Source: a bacterium
Lineage (GTDB): Bacteria; Electryoneota; Electryoneia; Electryoneales; Electryoneaceae
NCBI GenBank assembly: GCA_963669175.1
Contig: OY769902.1
Span: 2,048,001-2,112,000, forward strand
Reading direction: 5' to 3'
Length of the DNA stretch: 64,000 nucleotides
Both the position numbers and the translations under genes were made by a program. This document shows, piece by piece, positions 30,088 to 40,063 of the stretch. The first letter of the stretch is position 1, and the number at the start of each line of letters is the position of its first letter. The notes under the pieces were generated by a model, which was not told the DNA's origin, searched no databases, and worked only from the letters and a program-made list of their open reading frames with translations.

Positions 30088-31818
30088 TCAGGAATGGCCG
30101 TCCAGCTCCGGGATTTGCCCGTTTTTCACATCCTTCAGCCGAAGTTGAATGCTCACCCGTCCGTTCCATTCGTTTTCCTCAATCGTATACACGATATGGT
30201 TTTTGGGACGAATGGGGTCAATCCTGTTGATCTTTTCACCCAGGTTGAATCCAATGCAGTCGATGGTCGAACCGTTGCGTCGCAACTGGAATTTCAGGTG
30301 GTTGTTGCCGACGATCCGCGGATACCCGGCCAGCGCGACATTGTAGCTCACGAATACCGGTCGTGGGTTGTGCGGCCCAAACGGGGCAAACTGCTTGAGC
30401 TGATCATACAGCGACGCTGTTATGTCCGACAACTCCAGCGCGGCATCAATCTTCTGCTTGGGGATAAGATCATCTTTGCTCAGGCGTTCGGAAGCGACTT
30501 CGTTAAACCGTCGCCTGAATTCAGGGATCTTGGTCTCATCAATGGTCAGACCAGCCGCGTACGTATGTCCGCCGAACTGTGTCAACAGGTCGCTGCACTC
30601 GCGCAGGGCATCGTAGAGGTCGAAACCGGGAATAGATCGCGCCGAGCCTTTGCCGATACAGTCTTCCACTGAAATCATCACAGTGGGACGATAGTAGCGT
30701 TCTATCAACCGGCTGGCGACAATGCCGATAACCCCGCTATGCCAGTCATTTTGCGCGGCAACGATGACACGATCCGAAGAGGGATCGAACATATCCTCAA
30801 CCTGGGCAACAGCTTCTTCCAGAGTGTGGGTGTCGATCATCTTCCGTGTCCTGTTTTCATCTTCCAGTTCACTGGCGAGATGCAGGGCGCGTTGCGAATT
30901 GGCGGTTATCATCAGTTCGACGGCACGTTCTGCGGACCCCAGGCGTCCAACAGCGTTGATCCGTGGAGCGAGTCCATAGATGATCTGGCCGACATCAATT
31001 TTGCCGAAGCGTAGGTTTGCGGTTTCGATCAGCGCTCGAATACCGACATGAGGTTCGTTGTTGATCCTTTCCAGCCCAAACCGGACGAAGGTGCGGTTTT
31101 CATCCACCAGGGGAACAATATCCGCTGCTGTCCCGACCGCAACCAGGTCCTGGTACGGGTCCAGGTAATCGGAAGCGAGTCCCAGTTCCATGCTGACGCC
31201 CTGGGCCAGTTTATAGGCCACACCGACTCCAGCCAGCTCATTGAAAGGGTATCTGCTTCCGGGCAGTTTGGGGTTGACTACAGCGACAGCGTTCGGGATG
31301 CCTTCACCGGCCTGGTGATGGTCGGTGATGATCATGTCCAGCCCGATGGAGCGTGCATATTCCACTTCCGTGATAGAAGTGATGCCGCAATCCACGGTAA
31401 CAATGAGCGAGGCGCCCATTGCCCGGGCCTGGTCAATTCCCATCTGGGAAATGCCGTAGCCCTCTTCCTGGCGGTTGGGGATATGATAACAGACATCCCC
31501 ACCGATTTCTCTGAAAAAGAGGTAGAGTAAACTGACGGATGTTATTCCGTCTACATCGTAGTCGCCGTAGATGCAGATCTTCTCTTTATCCCACAGGGCC
31601 TGCACAATTCTCTTGGCCGCTTCCTCCATGCCATCGAGGAGCATGGGGTCATGCAACGCATCCTGCCTGGGGTTAAAAAAGGCATGCGCCGCATCCGCTT
31701 CCGTAATATTGCGCCGAATCAGGATTTGCGCGATTACGGGGTGGACACCAAGTTTTTGTGCAAGTTGGTCTACGGAATGAGAGTCTACATCACCAGCGAA
31801 CTCCCATCGTTTTTCCAT
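30088..31818 (-). CDS. recJ: ssDNA-specific exonuclease RecJ
   Basis: YGDYDVDG, TVDCG, TDHH, GTAADIVPL, PRINAVGRL, GSARS, GGH.YAAG, PFGPHNP. Confidence 0.98.
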   Translation of the reverse strand: MEKRWEFAGDVDSHSVDQLAQKLGVHPVIAQILIRRNITEADAAHAFFNPRQDALHDPMLLDGMEEAAKRIVQALWDKEKICIYGDYDVDGITSVSLLYLFFREIGGDVCYHIPNRQEEGYGISQMGIDQARAMGASLIVTVDCGITSITEVEYARSIGLDMIITDHHQAGEGIPNAVAVVNPKLPGSRYPFNELAGVGVAYKLAQGVSMELGLASDYLDPYQDLVAVGTAADIVPLVDENRTFVRFGLERINNEPHVGIRALIETANLRFGKIDVGQIIYGLAPRINAVGRLGSAERAVELMITANSQRALHLASELEDENRTRKMIDTHTLEEAVAQVEDMFDPSSDRVIVAAQNDWHSGVIGIVASRLIERYYRPTVMISVEDCIGKGSARSIPGFDLYDALRECSDLLTQFGGHTYAAGLTIDETKIPEFRRRFNEVASERLSKDDLIPKQKIDAALELSDITASLYDQLKQFAPFGPHNPRPVFVSYNVALAGYPRIVGNNHLKFQLRRNGSTIDCIGFNLGEKINRIDPIRPKNHIVYTIEENEWNGRVSIQLRLKDVKNGQIPELDGHS

Positions 31819-31931
31819 GGCGTACGTTATGTATGTTGTTGTTACGAAACAGCATAATCAGGTTCCCAGTGGGGAAGTAGAGCATGACAGCGCCCGACAA
31901 CAGTATTCTGAAGGGCGCTGATACACATAAA

Positions 31932-32308
31932 CTGGAGGCGGCCTGTAAGCCGAATTCTGTACCAGTCCAAGGACTGATGACGGTCATCGATCTGGGATCT
32001 GTCTCACGACAGACCTCTAGCGGCCTACCCGCGGGTCATTCGGGACGAGCAGCCCCTGCCCACCTATTTGGCCTTGCTCCGGATGGGGTTTACCGTGCCA
32101 CATTCGTTACCGAATGCGCGGTGAGCTCTTACCTCGCCGTTTCACCCTTGCCTGTGTCCCGACGAATCGGAACCATCGGCGGTCTATTCTCTGTTGCACT
32201 TTCCGTCGCCTTTCGGCGCCCGGCCGTTAGCCGGCATCCTGCTCTGAGGAGTTCGGACTTTCCTCCCTTCCGGTACAACCGGAAAGGCGACCGTCCGGCC
32301 GCCTCCTG
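31932..32308 (-). ncRNA. rnpB: RNase P RNA (class A)
   Basis: Minus strand reads GAGGAAAGTCCGAACTC...GGAAAGTGCAACAGA...GGTAAACCCCATCCGGAGCAAG...ACAGAATTCGGCTTA, with a terminal GGAGGCGGCC stem. Confidence 0.97.
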
Positions 32309-32349
32309 TAACTGAATCTATGTTACAAAGTTATAATGTCGAGTTTCAC

Positions 32350-33078
32350 CTACTCTTCTTCACTTTCCGGCAGCAGAATCACGCCACAGGATTCGCACAG
32401 AATGATGTCGTTCAGTTTACGAATCTCAGCCTGACGCTGCGGAGGCACTACAGCAAAGCATGAACCACAAGCCTGGTTGAACAGACGGGCGGCGCCGACA
32501 CCCTTGGCCGCACGAATACGTTCGTAGTGAGCCAGAATCGGTTTCTTGATCCGAACAGCAAGCTTGTCACGTTCGTGCTGAAGCTCCAGTTCCTGTTGTT
32601 CGGTTTCTTCTTCCTTCTCGCCCAGTTCCAGTTTGCGCTCGTCCAGATCTTTGGAAATGGTGCCAGCTTCGCCCTTTATCTCTTCAATCTGGCTAAGAAG
32701 CACTTCTTCCTGTTCAAGCAAGGAGAGTTCTGCGGCTTCCTGCGTCTCAATTTCCTTCTCAACAGTATCAATCTGTTGGGTAATGGCGTCGTACTCACGA
32801 TTTGTGGTGACCGTATACAGTTGTTCCTTGTACTTCTTCTGCTTCGCCTTGGAAAGCTGGATCTGGCCTTCAAGGGCGCGCTTCTGTTTACGGACTTCCC
32901 CAACTCGGTTATTCAGCTCATCGATCATGTGGTTGCGTTTATCGAAGTCGTCGTTCATCTTCTGCACGAGCCGTGGGAGATCGCCTTTCTCTTCCTCCAG
33001 ATCCTGGAGTTTGTTATCCACGTCCTGTAACTGGGCGACCATCTGCAATTCTTTGTGTACATCAACAGCCGGCGGCAT
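32350..33078 (-). CDS. Coiled-coil protein with C4-type zinc ribbon (DUF164-like)
   Basis: LQDVD N-terminus, TTNREYDAI, C-terminal CGSC...CESC. Confidence 0.9.
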   Translation of the reverse strand: MPPAVDVHKELQMVAQLQDVDNKLQDLEEEKGDLPRLVQKMNDDFDKRNHMIDELNNRVGEVRKQKRALEGQIQLSKAKQKKYKEQLYTVTTNREYDAITQQIDTVEKEIETQEAAELSLLEQEEVLLSQIEEIKGEAGTISKDLDERKLELGEKEEETEQQELELQHERDKLAVRIKKPILAHYERIRAAKGVGAARLFNQACGSCFAVVPPQRQAEIRKLNDIILCESCGVILLPESEEE

Positions 33079-33117
33079 GCCTTTACTCTCCTACCTATCG
33101 TCTGCCCTGGGGCACGT

Positions 33118-33152
33118 AAAAAAACGTGCTCCAAGTTTTCCTTTGAGCACGT
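33118..33152 (-). terminator. Hairpin plus U-tract downstream of the tRNA
   Basis: AACGTGCTC...GAGCACGTTTTTTT on the minus strand. Confidence 0.55.
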
Positions 33153-33330
33153 TACAACACGTTGCTTCCGATATGATCAAGCAGTGTAAAGTGGAGCACA
33201 GGACATTTACTGCCCTTTCGTCCCAGTACGTTTTCTCGCATGATCAGCATCGTAGCAAAACCTTTTTTGACGTCTATTGTAATAACGTCTACTGTCGTTG
33301 AATGTGAACACCGTTTTGCATTCACATCGG

Positions 33331-33404
33331 TGGGCCCACCAGGACTCGAACCTGGGACCTGCCGATTATGAGTCGGAAGCTCTAACCAACTGAGCTATGG
33401 GCCC
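33331..33404 (-). tRNA. tRNA with CAT anticodon, most likely tRNA-Ile2 (lysidine)
   Basis: GGGCCCATAGCTCAGTTGGTTAGAGCTTCCGACT-CAT-AATCGGCAGGTCCCAGGTTCGAGTCCTGGTGGGCCCA. The Ile-like acceptor stem and paired 1:72 argue against initiator tRNA. Confidence 0.9.
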
Positions 33405-33596
33405 AACAATTTAACCGCTGGGCTCTGAACCGTAAACGAACGAGCCCGTCATTTCCGAACCAAGCCTTAAAATACACGCTTTGCAAACAACTTGCAATAC
33501 TGTTTTCGCTTGCTTCTCAGACTCATGGGGTATCTAAAAAATTGCGATTTCTGAAGTTAACAAGTTTTTTTCCACAAACAATGAAAAAAATATTTG

Positions 33597-34646
33597 TTAG
33601 TCGATCAATGATTTCACAGTGGTTTGTAATATATCCAGCCCATTTGTCCAGACCCATTTCATTCTCAGGCTGTAGACCGGAATAGAACTCTGGAACATTG
33701 CAGGCCATTTGACTGCATCTTTTTCAGTAATAAGTATCGCTTCCGCACTGGATGAGGTTGCCTGTTTCAGCAGCGAGTGAAGCAGCTTGTCATTCAGGTC
33801 TGCATGATCCTTCCATACTGTGGAATGTACAGGATTTATGCCAAGCTGCTGGAGAGTATGATAAAATCGCTGTGGATAGGCGATGCCGCTGGCCGCTGCA
33901 ATTCGCATGGTGCGCATGGCGGAAATCGTAATACCAGGCTTGTTCTCAGTTCGTCCGACGGGGGCAATATCCACCGGTGAAAGTTGACCACGAAGAACCG
34001 GCACATCGCTGTATTTCCTGATCCATTGGGTCAAAGCCTGAATCCTGGCTTTATCCGTATTATCACGCAAGATAACCAGGTCCGCGCGTTTCAGACCTTT
34101 CGGCGATTCGCGCAACCTCCCGGCAGGCAGCCATCGCCAGTGCCAGGAGGGAATGGAAGGATCAAGCAGGACAATATCCAGGTCGCGGATCGCGCTACGA
34201 TGTTGAAACGCATCATCGAGTACAATCGCTCGCGGCTGGAAGAAACGGTTCGCGAGACGAATGCCTTCGGAACGCTTCTCGGAAACAACGACCGGAGTGC
34301 CGGGAAGACTGGTTGCGATCAAGGTGGGTTCGTCACCGGCCAGCCTGGCATCCAGAAGAATTTCATTACGGTTGGAAACAATTTTAACGCCGCGTGAGGC
34401 ACGACCATACCCACGGCTGACGACAGTGAAAACACCGTCTTTATAGATTTTACCCAATTCAGTGACCAGTGAGATCGTAACCGGCGTTTTACCTGTGCCC
34501 CCGGCAGTCAGGTTGCCCACCGAAATGATCGGGACACTGGAAGTTTCCGCTTTTCGCATTCCGGAATCATATGCCAGGTTGCGAAGCGAAGTAGCTGCTC
34601 CATAGACCAGAGAAAGTGGCGCCAGTATGTCCCAACCGTTTCTCAT
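33597..34646 (-). CDS. lpxK: Tetraacyldisaccharide 4'-kinase
   Basis: SVGNLTAGGTGKTP, SRGYG, GDEP, LDDAFQH, LPAGRLRE, ITEKDAVK. Confidence 0.97.
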   Translation of the reverse strand: MRNGWDILAPLSLVYGAATSLRNLAYDSGMRKAETSSVPIISVGNLTAGGTGKTPVTISLVTELGKIYKDGVFTVVSRGYGRASRGVKIVSNRNEILLDARLAGDEPTLIATSLPGTPVVVSEKRSEGIRLANRFFQPRAIVLDDAFQHRSAIRDLDIVLLDPSIPSWHWRWLPAGRLRESPKGLKRADLVILRDNTDKARIQALTQWIRKYSDVPVLRGQLSPVDIAPVGRTENKPGITISAMRTMRIAAASGIAYPQRFYHTLQQLGINPVHSTVWKDHADLNDKLLHSLLKQATSSSAEAILITEKDAVKWPAMFQSSIPVYSLRMKWVWTNGLDILQTTVKSLID

Positions 34647-35299
34647 GATTGAACCCCGGTCAATTCATCGGCTTTTTCTATCAGCTTGAGCAGGCGATGT
34701 TGCAGTTCCAGCCTGAGCGTTTCCATCTCGTCTTTATCCGCACGGTGTGGGACATGCAGGGGCGCACCGTAGACCATTACTCCTTTGCTGAAGGGAAGAG
34801 GTAACTGGAAACGATCCCAAGAGCCGAATTGTTTGTTCGGTTTGGAAGAGGCCAGCAGGGGAAGAATGGGAACATCAGCAAGTCGTGCAATGGCTATGGT
34901 GCCGATTTTGGGATCGTAAATCGGTCCTTTGGGACCATCGACCATGACTGCGCCGTTGTTGCCGCTTTTAATCGCAGACACCATGCCCTTCAGCGCCCTG
35001 CTAGCGCCTTTGTTGCTGCTGCCACGAACAGTGTCGTGTCCCAGGCGGGCAACCAGCCTTGTGACCATTTCGCCATCACGGCTGGAGGATACCAGTGCGG
35101 TGTACCCTTTTTTGCGCAAATGCCAGACAGGGAGGAACATGCGCCCATGGAACAGGGCCAGCAGGTGACCGGTGCCTTCCTTCTCCAGTTTCTCTTTGTG
35201 TTCCAGACCGTGATACTGCATGCGGACTGTCCTGGCGATCAGGCCTACCAGGAAAGGTCCGACTGTTTCACTGATCTTGTACAGTGTTTCATCTTTCAC
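34643..35299 (-). CDS. DUF374 / lysophospholipid acyltransferase-family protein
   Basis: FHGR, VSSSRDGE, VRGSS, DGPKGP, SWDRFQLPLPF; lies between lpxB and lpxK. Confidence 0.88.
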   Translation of the reverse strand: MKDETLYKISETVGPFLVGLIARTVRMQYHGLEHKEKLEKEGTGHLLALFHGRMFLPVWHLRKKGYTALVSSSRDGEMVTRLVARLGHDTVRGSSNKGASRALKGMVSAIKSGNNGAVMVDGPKGPIYDPKIGTIAIARLADVPILPLLASSKPNKQFGSWDRFQLPLPFSKGVMVYGAPLHVPHRADKDEMETLRLELQHRLLKLIEKADELTGVQS

Positions 35300-36441
35300 G
35301 GTTGTTCACTCCCGAACCGTGTGATAACCCAATCCGCCAGTCGTTCGGTTGCGCCGGGCTGGCCCAGACCATCAGCAACCTGTTTCAGGTTATGCTGGAC
35401 TTTCAGCCGTGTTTTGCCATCCCACATACGCAGCAAATCGTCGCAAAGCTGTTCCGGTGTCGCGCGTTCCTGAATGCGTTCCGGGACGATGCGTTTCCCC
35501 GCCAGCACATTGACCATCGCGATATGTCGTGTGCCTCGGATGAGTAACCTTCCCAGGAAATACGTTGTCGGGCTGGTAATATACATAACTGCGAAAGGCG
35601 TTCCGGACAGGGAGGCTTCCACTGTGCTGGTGCCACTTTTGATCAGGGCGACACGTGAGACTGACAACGCATTCGGGGCGCCGTTCTCGACCATATGAAC
35701 CCAGGGACGCCCGGCGATATAGGGATGAAGTGTATCCTGGTCAACCGTGTTGGCGCGAACCAGCAGGGCCAGGGTATCCGGTTTCTGCCGCCGCAAGCGC
35801 TCCATGGTTTCGATCATGGTTGGCAGGTGACGTTCAATCTCCTGGCTACGACTGCCGGGCATAAGCGTAACCGCTTCCTCGCCCGGTTGCATATTATACA
35901 ATGTTTGCAGCTCAGTCGGGGTCGTATCCGGTGCAGTTTCACCGACCATGGGATGACCGAAGAATACGGTTTCCAGGCCACGTCCACTGTACAACTCCTG
36001 TTCAAAGGGAAACAGGACAGCCATTGTGTCCAGGTGTTTGGCCATGAAGGAGATACGCCCCCGTCGCCATGCCCAGACTTGTGGACTGACATAGTACAAA
36101 ATGGAAATGGAGCGTCCGAAGCGTTTGCGTAGTTGTTTCAGCAGGTTCAAGTTAAAATCAGGGAAATCAACCAGGATAACGAGATTGGGTTTTCGATTTT
36201 CAATTTCAGCGATCAGACGGTTTCTGAGTTTGAGCAGGCGTGGGATATGACGGGCTACTTCAGCCAGTCCCATCAGGGCAGCTTCACTTATATCGGCGAC
36301 CTGCTCGCATCCGGCCGAACGCATCTGTTCACCAATCATCCCGGAATGGCGCCAGTCCGATTTACGTTGTTTAATCGCTTCGATCAACCGTGCTGCGTGA
36401 CGGTCGCCGCTACTTTCTCCTACTACCCAGAATAGTTCCAT
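35296..36441 (-). CDS. lpxB: Lipid-A-disaccharide synthase
   Basis: GESSGD, VDFPDFN, YVSPQVWAWR, PFE, GHP, PGSRSQE, SGT. Confidence 0.97.
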   Translation of the reverse strand: MELFWVVGESSGDRHAARLIEAIKQRKSDWRHSGMIGEQMRSAGCEQVADISEAALMGLAEVARHIPRLLKLRNRLIAEIENRKPNLVILVDFPDFNLNLLKQLRKRFGRSISILYYVSPQVWAWRRGRISFMAKHLDTMAVLFPFEQELYSGRGLETVFFGHPMVGETAPDTTPTELQTLYNMQPGEEAVTLMPGSRSQEIERHLPTMIETMERLRRQKPDTLALLVRANTVDQDTLHPYIAGRPWVHMVENGAPNALSVSRVALIKSGTSTVEASLSGTPFAVMYITSPTTYFLGRLLIRGTRHIAMVNVLAGKRIVPERIQERATPEQLCDDLLRMWDGKTRLKVQHNLKQVADGLGQPGATERLADWVITRFGSEQP

Positions 36442-36674
36442 GTTGCCAGGCCTTGTTGTGAATCATATACGTTACACCGATTCGAGTAGCGGTGCAACAT
36501 GGTTACCCGAGTCCCGCTCACTCGGGAATCAACAGTGCTCTCGTAAAAATAGATAAAATGTCCTTCCAGGTTTCATGTATATGTGATTTTTACTCATCTT
36601 GTTGCTGGAAATATCGGGTGCTATTCACATATTTATGTTGACTGATTGCCAGGCCAATTCTTCCGGGGGGAAGC

Positions 36675-37523
36675 ATGTCTGAGAAGTTCGTTATTCGCAG
36701 TATGTCCGAAACAGAAGCGGATATGGTTCGTGGGTGGGCGAACAGTGAAGGATGGAATCCGGGGTTATACGATACCGGCACCTTTTATTGGACTGATCCG
36801 CAAGGTTTCCTGATCGGGTTTCTGGGCGACAAACCTGTTGGCGCCATTTCGGCGGTGGCTTATGGTGACAGCTACGGCTTCATGGGATTCTATATCGTGT
36901 TACCAGAGTTTCGTGGTATGGGCTATGGCATGAAGCTGTGGAATGCTGCGATCAACTATTTGGACGAACGTGTCATCGGGCTGGATGGAGTTGTCGCACA
37001 GCAGGCTAACTACCGGAAATCAGGATTTGTCTTCGCGCATCGGAACCTGCGTTATGAAGGTGTTGCTGCAACAGGGAAGACGGGGATAGAGGGCATTGTA
37101 CCTTTATCAACAGTCAGCTTTCGCACCCTGGTGAACTATGATTATCGATTCTTTCCGGCAAAGCGTCCGATGTTCCTGAAGCATTGGATCGAACAGCCGG
37201 AATCGAAAGCCCTCGGCGTTGTTCGAAATGACGAGATGAAAGGGTTTGGCGTAATCCGCAAATGTGTCATCGGATGGAAGATCGGGCCGTTGTATGCCGA
37301 AACGCCACTCGATGCGCATAACCTCTTCCATGCCCTTGCCGCCCATCCGCATCCCGGAGAACAAATTGTGCTGGATGTGCCGGAAACCAATCCTGCCGCC
37401 AAAGAGTTGGCGGAGATACATGGGATGACCGTCAGTTTTGAAACCGCCCGCATGTATATAGGCGCGGAACCCAGGATTCCACACACGGAATGGTATGGGG
37501 TGACCAGTTTTGAATTGGGGTAG
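36675..37523 (+). CDS. GNAT family acetyltransferase (YitH-like tandem GNAT)
   Basis: EGWNPG, YIVLPEFRGMGYG, LDGVVAQQANYRKSGF, KIGPLYA, FETARMY. Confidence 0.9.
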   Translation: MSEKFVIRSMSETEADMVRGWANSEGWNPGLYDTGTFYWTDPQGFLIGFLGDKPVGAISAVAYGDSYGFMGFYIVLPEFRGMGYGMKLWNAAINYLDERVIGLDGVVAQQANYRKSGFVFAHRNLRYEGVAATGKTGIEGIVPLSTVSFRTLVNYDYRFFPAKRPMFLKHWIEQPESKALGVVRNDEMKGFGVIRKCVIGWKIGPLYAETPLDAHNLFHALAAHPHPGEQIVLDVPETNPAAKELAEIHGMTVSFETARMYIGAEPRIPHTEWYGVTSFELG

Positions 37524-37629
37524 CAGGCCACCCAAGCTCGCCAAAGCCCGACTTGCTCTTCATCCGCATCATGGACGACGACTCACAAATGTGGTCAGCA
37601 TTTTGAGTGTGTCAGCTACATTTCCGGCA

Positions 37630-37985
37630 AATCGGGCCATGCACGCTACCAGAAACGTACAGCCTCCCTACTAACCCGAATATTTCACCAATGCAATTTC
37701 AAATTTGGTATTTGATGGAATGGCCAGTACAAGAACCACGGCAGTGGTTCTCTGTATTAGCCCACCGTCCAGCGCCGTCTGTTTGGCGCTCACGGTGGGA
37801 ATAGGATGTACGCTACTTGCCAACCCCGGCAGCGGGTTGCCTGAATATTTCCACTGTATACTTTTGATATTTATCAGGTTACTCCTTCCGGAGTAAATAT
37901 ATGGTGCGCATTATCTCCCCGGGTAGCCGCCAAACTGACGGCGGCTGCCCGGGGCTAATACAGGTTGCCCCTGCCGGGGCGGTTG
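37630..37985. repeat. Intergenic mosaic of REP/MITE-like palindromes
   Basis: AGCCCACCGT...ACGGTGGG, CCCCGGGTAGCCGCC...GGCGGCTGCCCGGGG, GCCCCTGCCGGGGC. Confidence 0.55.
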
Positions 37986-38311
37986 CCGATTCTCAGCCTA
38001 TTTTGCCAGCGAAACAGGGAATAGACACGCAAAGGGATACCGGAGCAAACTGTCCCCTGAAAAATGCTGTATGAATCAGTTGTATTGTGTTGATATGAAC
38101 TGTGTTAAGATGAATATCCATGTCCCGTTCATGAAATATTCGGGCTAAACAGATTACTATTCAGCGCTACACAAATCACCACTTCTTCGAAAAGCGATTT
38201 CTTACCCATGCCAAACACTGCGAATCAAAAAACGGTACAACCTTTTTCGCAGAGTGTTATCTCAGCGAAAACCGGCTGTACCGTAGATATAAAAAGCAGT
38301 TAAACAGAGTG

Positions 38312-38761
38312 TTAATGCACAATCAATTCCGGATCACCGACCACTTTCCCGCCAGGGATGCCGTAGCCTGTCCACGTATCTGTATCAACATGATAGAACA
38401 TCTCAATGCCCGGCCCAACCAATGTATTCCGATTGGTTGACAAGGCCTGGATGACCTTGCCAGGTTCAAGCGTGAAATACCATTCTTCCCACAAATCATC
38501 GCGAAGGTGGATAAAATCGTACTGTTCGAGCTGATGGATTTTTTCCGGCCAGAAGCCCTGAGAATACTCGAATTCTTTGCAGGCTTTTACGATTTCCATC
38601 ATTTGTACCCGAGCTTCATGCCCACGCCGCAGTTCAACAACACCTTTATACCGTTTTGCGACAAACACACTTGCGACTGCCAAAACAAGAACGATCACAC
38701 CCATTGTGATCAAGCCATTACGCAGCCGTCGCCGGTCTCTCGCCTCTTTCCACTTTCCCAT
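38312..38761 (-). CDS. Pilin/pseudopilin-like membrane-anchored protein
   Basis: Basic leader, then G followed by a hydrophobic helix (LITMGVIVLVLAVASVFV), an amphipathic helix, and G.WP..I.QL. Confidence 0.5.
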   Translation of the reverse strand: MGKWKEARDRRRLRNGLITMGVIVLVLAVASVFVAKRYKGVVELRRGHEARVQMMEIVKACKEFEYSQGFWPEKIHQLEQYDFIHLRDDLWEEWYFTLEPGKVIQALSTNRNTLVGPGIEMFYHVDTDTWTGYGIPGGKVVGDPELIVH

Positions 38762-38781
38762 GATGAACCCGTCCTCGCTGC

Positions 38782-39786
38782 TTAACCTACCTGTGGCAGC
38801 ATCACGCTGCTCTTCAATTCCAGGTGTGTTATGTTGCCATCGGTTTTCACCAGCGCAACATCTCCACGGGGTACTGCTTTAACACGTCCAATGACTGCTG
38901 CCTTTTCACCGCCCTTAATCCTGCGCCATTTGGCAATAATACCCGGCGCTGCTTCAGGAGTGACAATGGCGGCCAGGATTCCGGCTGAAGGCACATATAC
39001 CGGATCGATCATTAAATCGGCACACAAATCAGCTACCGGTTGGCGTAATGGGATCAGTTTCTGCTGCAAATCCACCCCGACACCGGCATCACGGACCATA
39101 CGGATCACGGCGCCCGCCAGTCCGCCACGGCTGACATCGGTCATACGTCGAACGCCACCGCTTTCAAACGCAATCCGTGCAAGCTGGTGCAAAGAGCGCG
39201 CGTCACTGGCGAGGCCACTTCCGGATAGTCCGTTACGGTTGGCAATGACCGCTGCGCCATGTTCGGCAATGGGCGCGTTCAGAATAATGACATCACCCTC
39301 ACGCACCAGCAGGCCATGCAGGTTATGCTCTTCCGCCAGGACACCGAAAGCCGTTACAGTAATAGCGATACGGTCGATTTCACCTTTTTCCACAACACGG
39401 GTATCCCCGGCAACAACTTCTACAGTCGCTTCGGCAGCGGCTTTGGCTGCCGATGCAACCACACGTTCCAGGAGATCGCCGGACAAGCCTTCTTCCAGGA
39501 TGAAAGCGATTGAGATCAAACGTGGTTGAGCGCCCACGACAGCCAGATTGTTTACCGCGCGCATCACGGCGAGACGCCCGATGTCACCGCCTGGAAAAAC
39601 AACCGGACGGACAACACAGGACTGTGTTGTGACAGCCAGACGACCTTCTTTGGGCATGGGCAGGACTGAAGCGTCCATCATCCGGTGCAGAGGAACAGAA
39701 CGAAAGCGGGACAGGAAAACATCTTCAATCAATTTCTTCGCCGGGCCGCCGCCTTCACCATGTGCCTGCTTGATCTCAATATTCAT
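38782..39786 (-). CDS. HypE-like (AIR synthase superfamily) protein lacking the C-terminal PRIC cysteine
   Basis: AHG.GG, FPGGDIGRLAV, FILEEGL, GDTRVV, SRGG; ends in LPQVG. Start likely 39786. Confidence 0.85.
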   Translation of the reverse strand: MNIEIKQAHGEGGGPAKKLIEDVFLSRFRSVPLHRMMDASVLPMPKEGRLAVTTQSCVVRPVVFPGGDIGRLAVMRAVNNLAVVGAQPRLISIAFILEEGLSGDLLERVVASAAKAAAEATVEVVAGDTRVVEKGEIDRIAITVTAFGVLAEEHNLHGLLVREGDVIILNAPIAEHGAAVIANRNGLSGSGLASDARSLHQLARIAFESGGVRRMTDVSRGGLAGAVIRMVRDAGVGVDLQQKLIPLRQPVADLCADLMIDPVYVPSAGILAAIVTPEAAPGIIAKWRRIKGGEKAAVIGRVKAVPRGDVALVKTDGNITHLELKSSVMLPQVG

Positions 39787-40063
39787 GGCGGGAAGGTACT
39801 CTCTTTTTTCCGGGTCTGCCAGTCTTGATGAGATTTTATAGGTGTACACACTGGTGGGGAGCGTTTCTGCCGAGTATGAAAGAAGATGCCATTGAGTATG
39901 GAATTCTGGTATAACTTGTGATTTTTTCAGCGCAATAGCTATCCGTTGAGATCCGGGATTCCTGCCTGTAATTTGTATCTATCTATTGCCGTAACCAGTT
40001 GGTTTGAATACCTTATTATAAAGCACGGGTTCAGAGATTTTACTGCAAGACGGGAGATAGAAC

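Noticed and set aside
31884-32315. 143-aa ORF on the + strand
   Set aside because: It is the antisense of rnpB.
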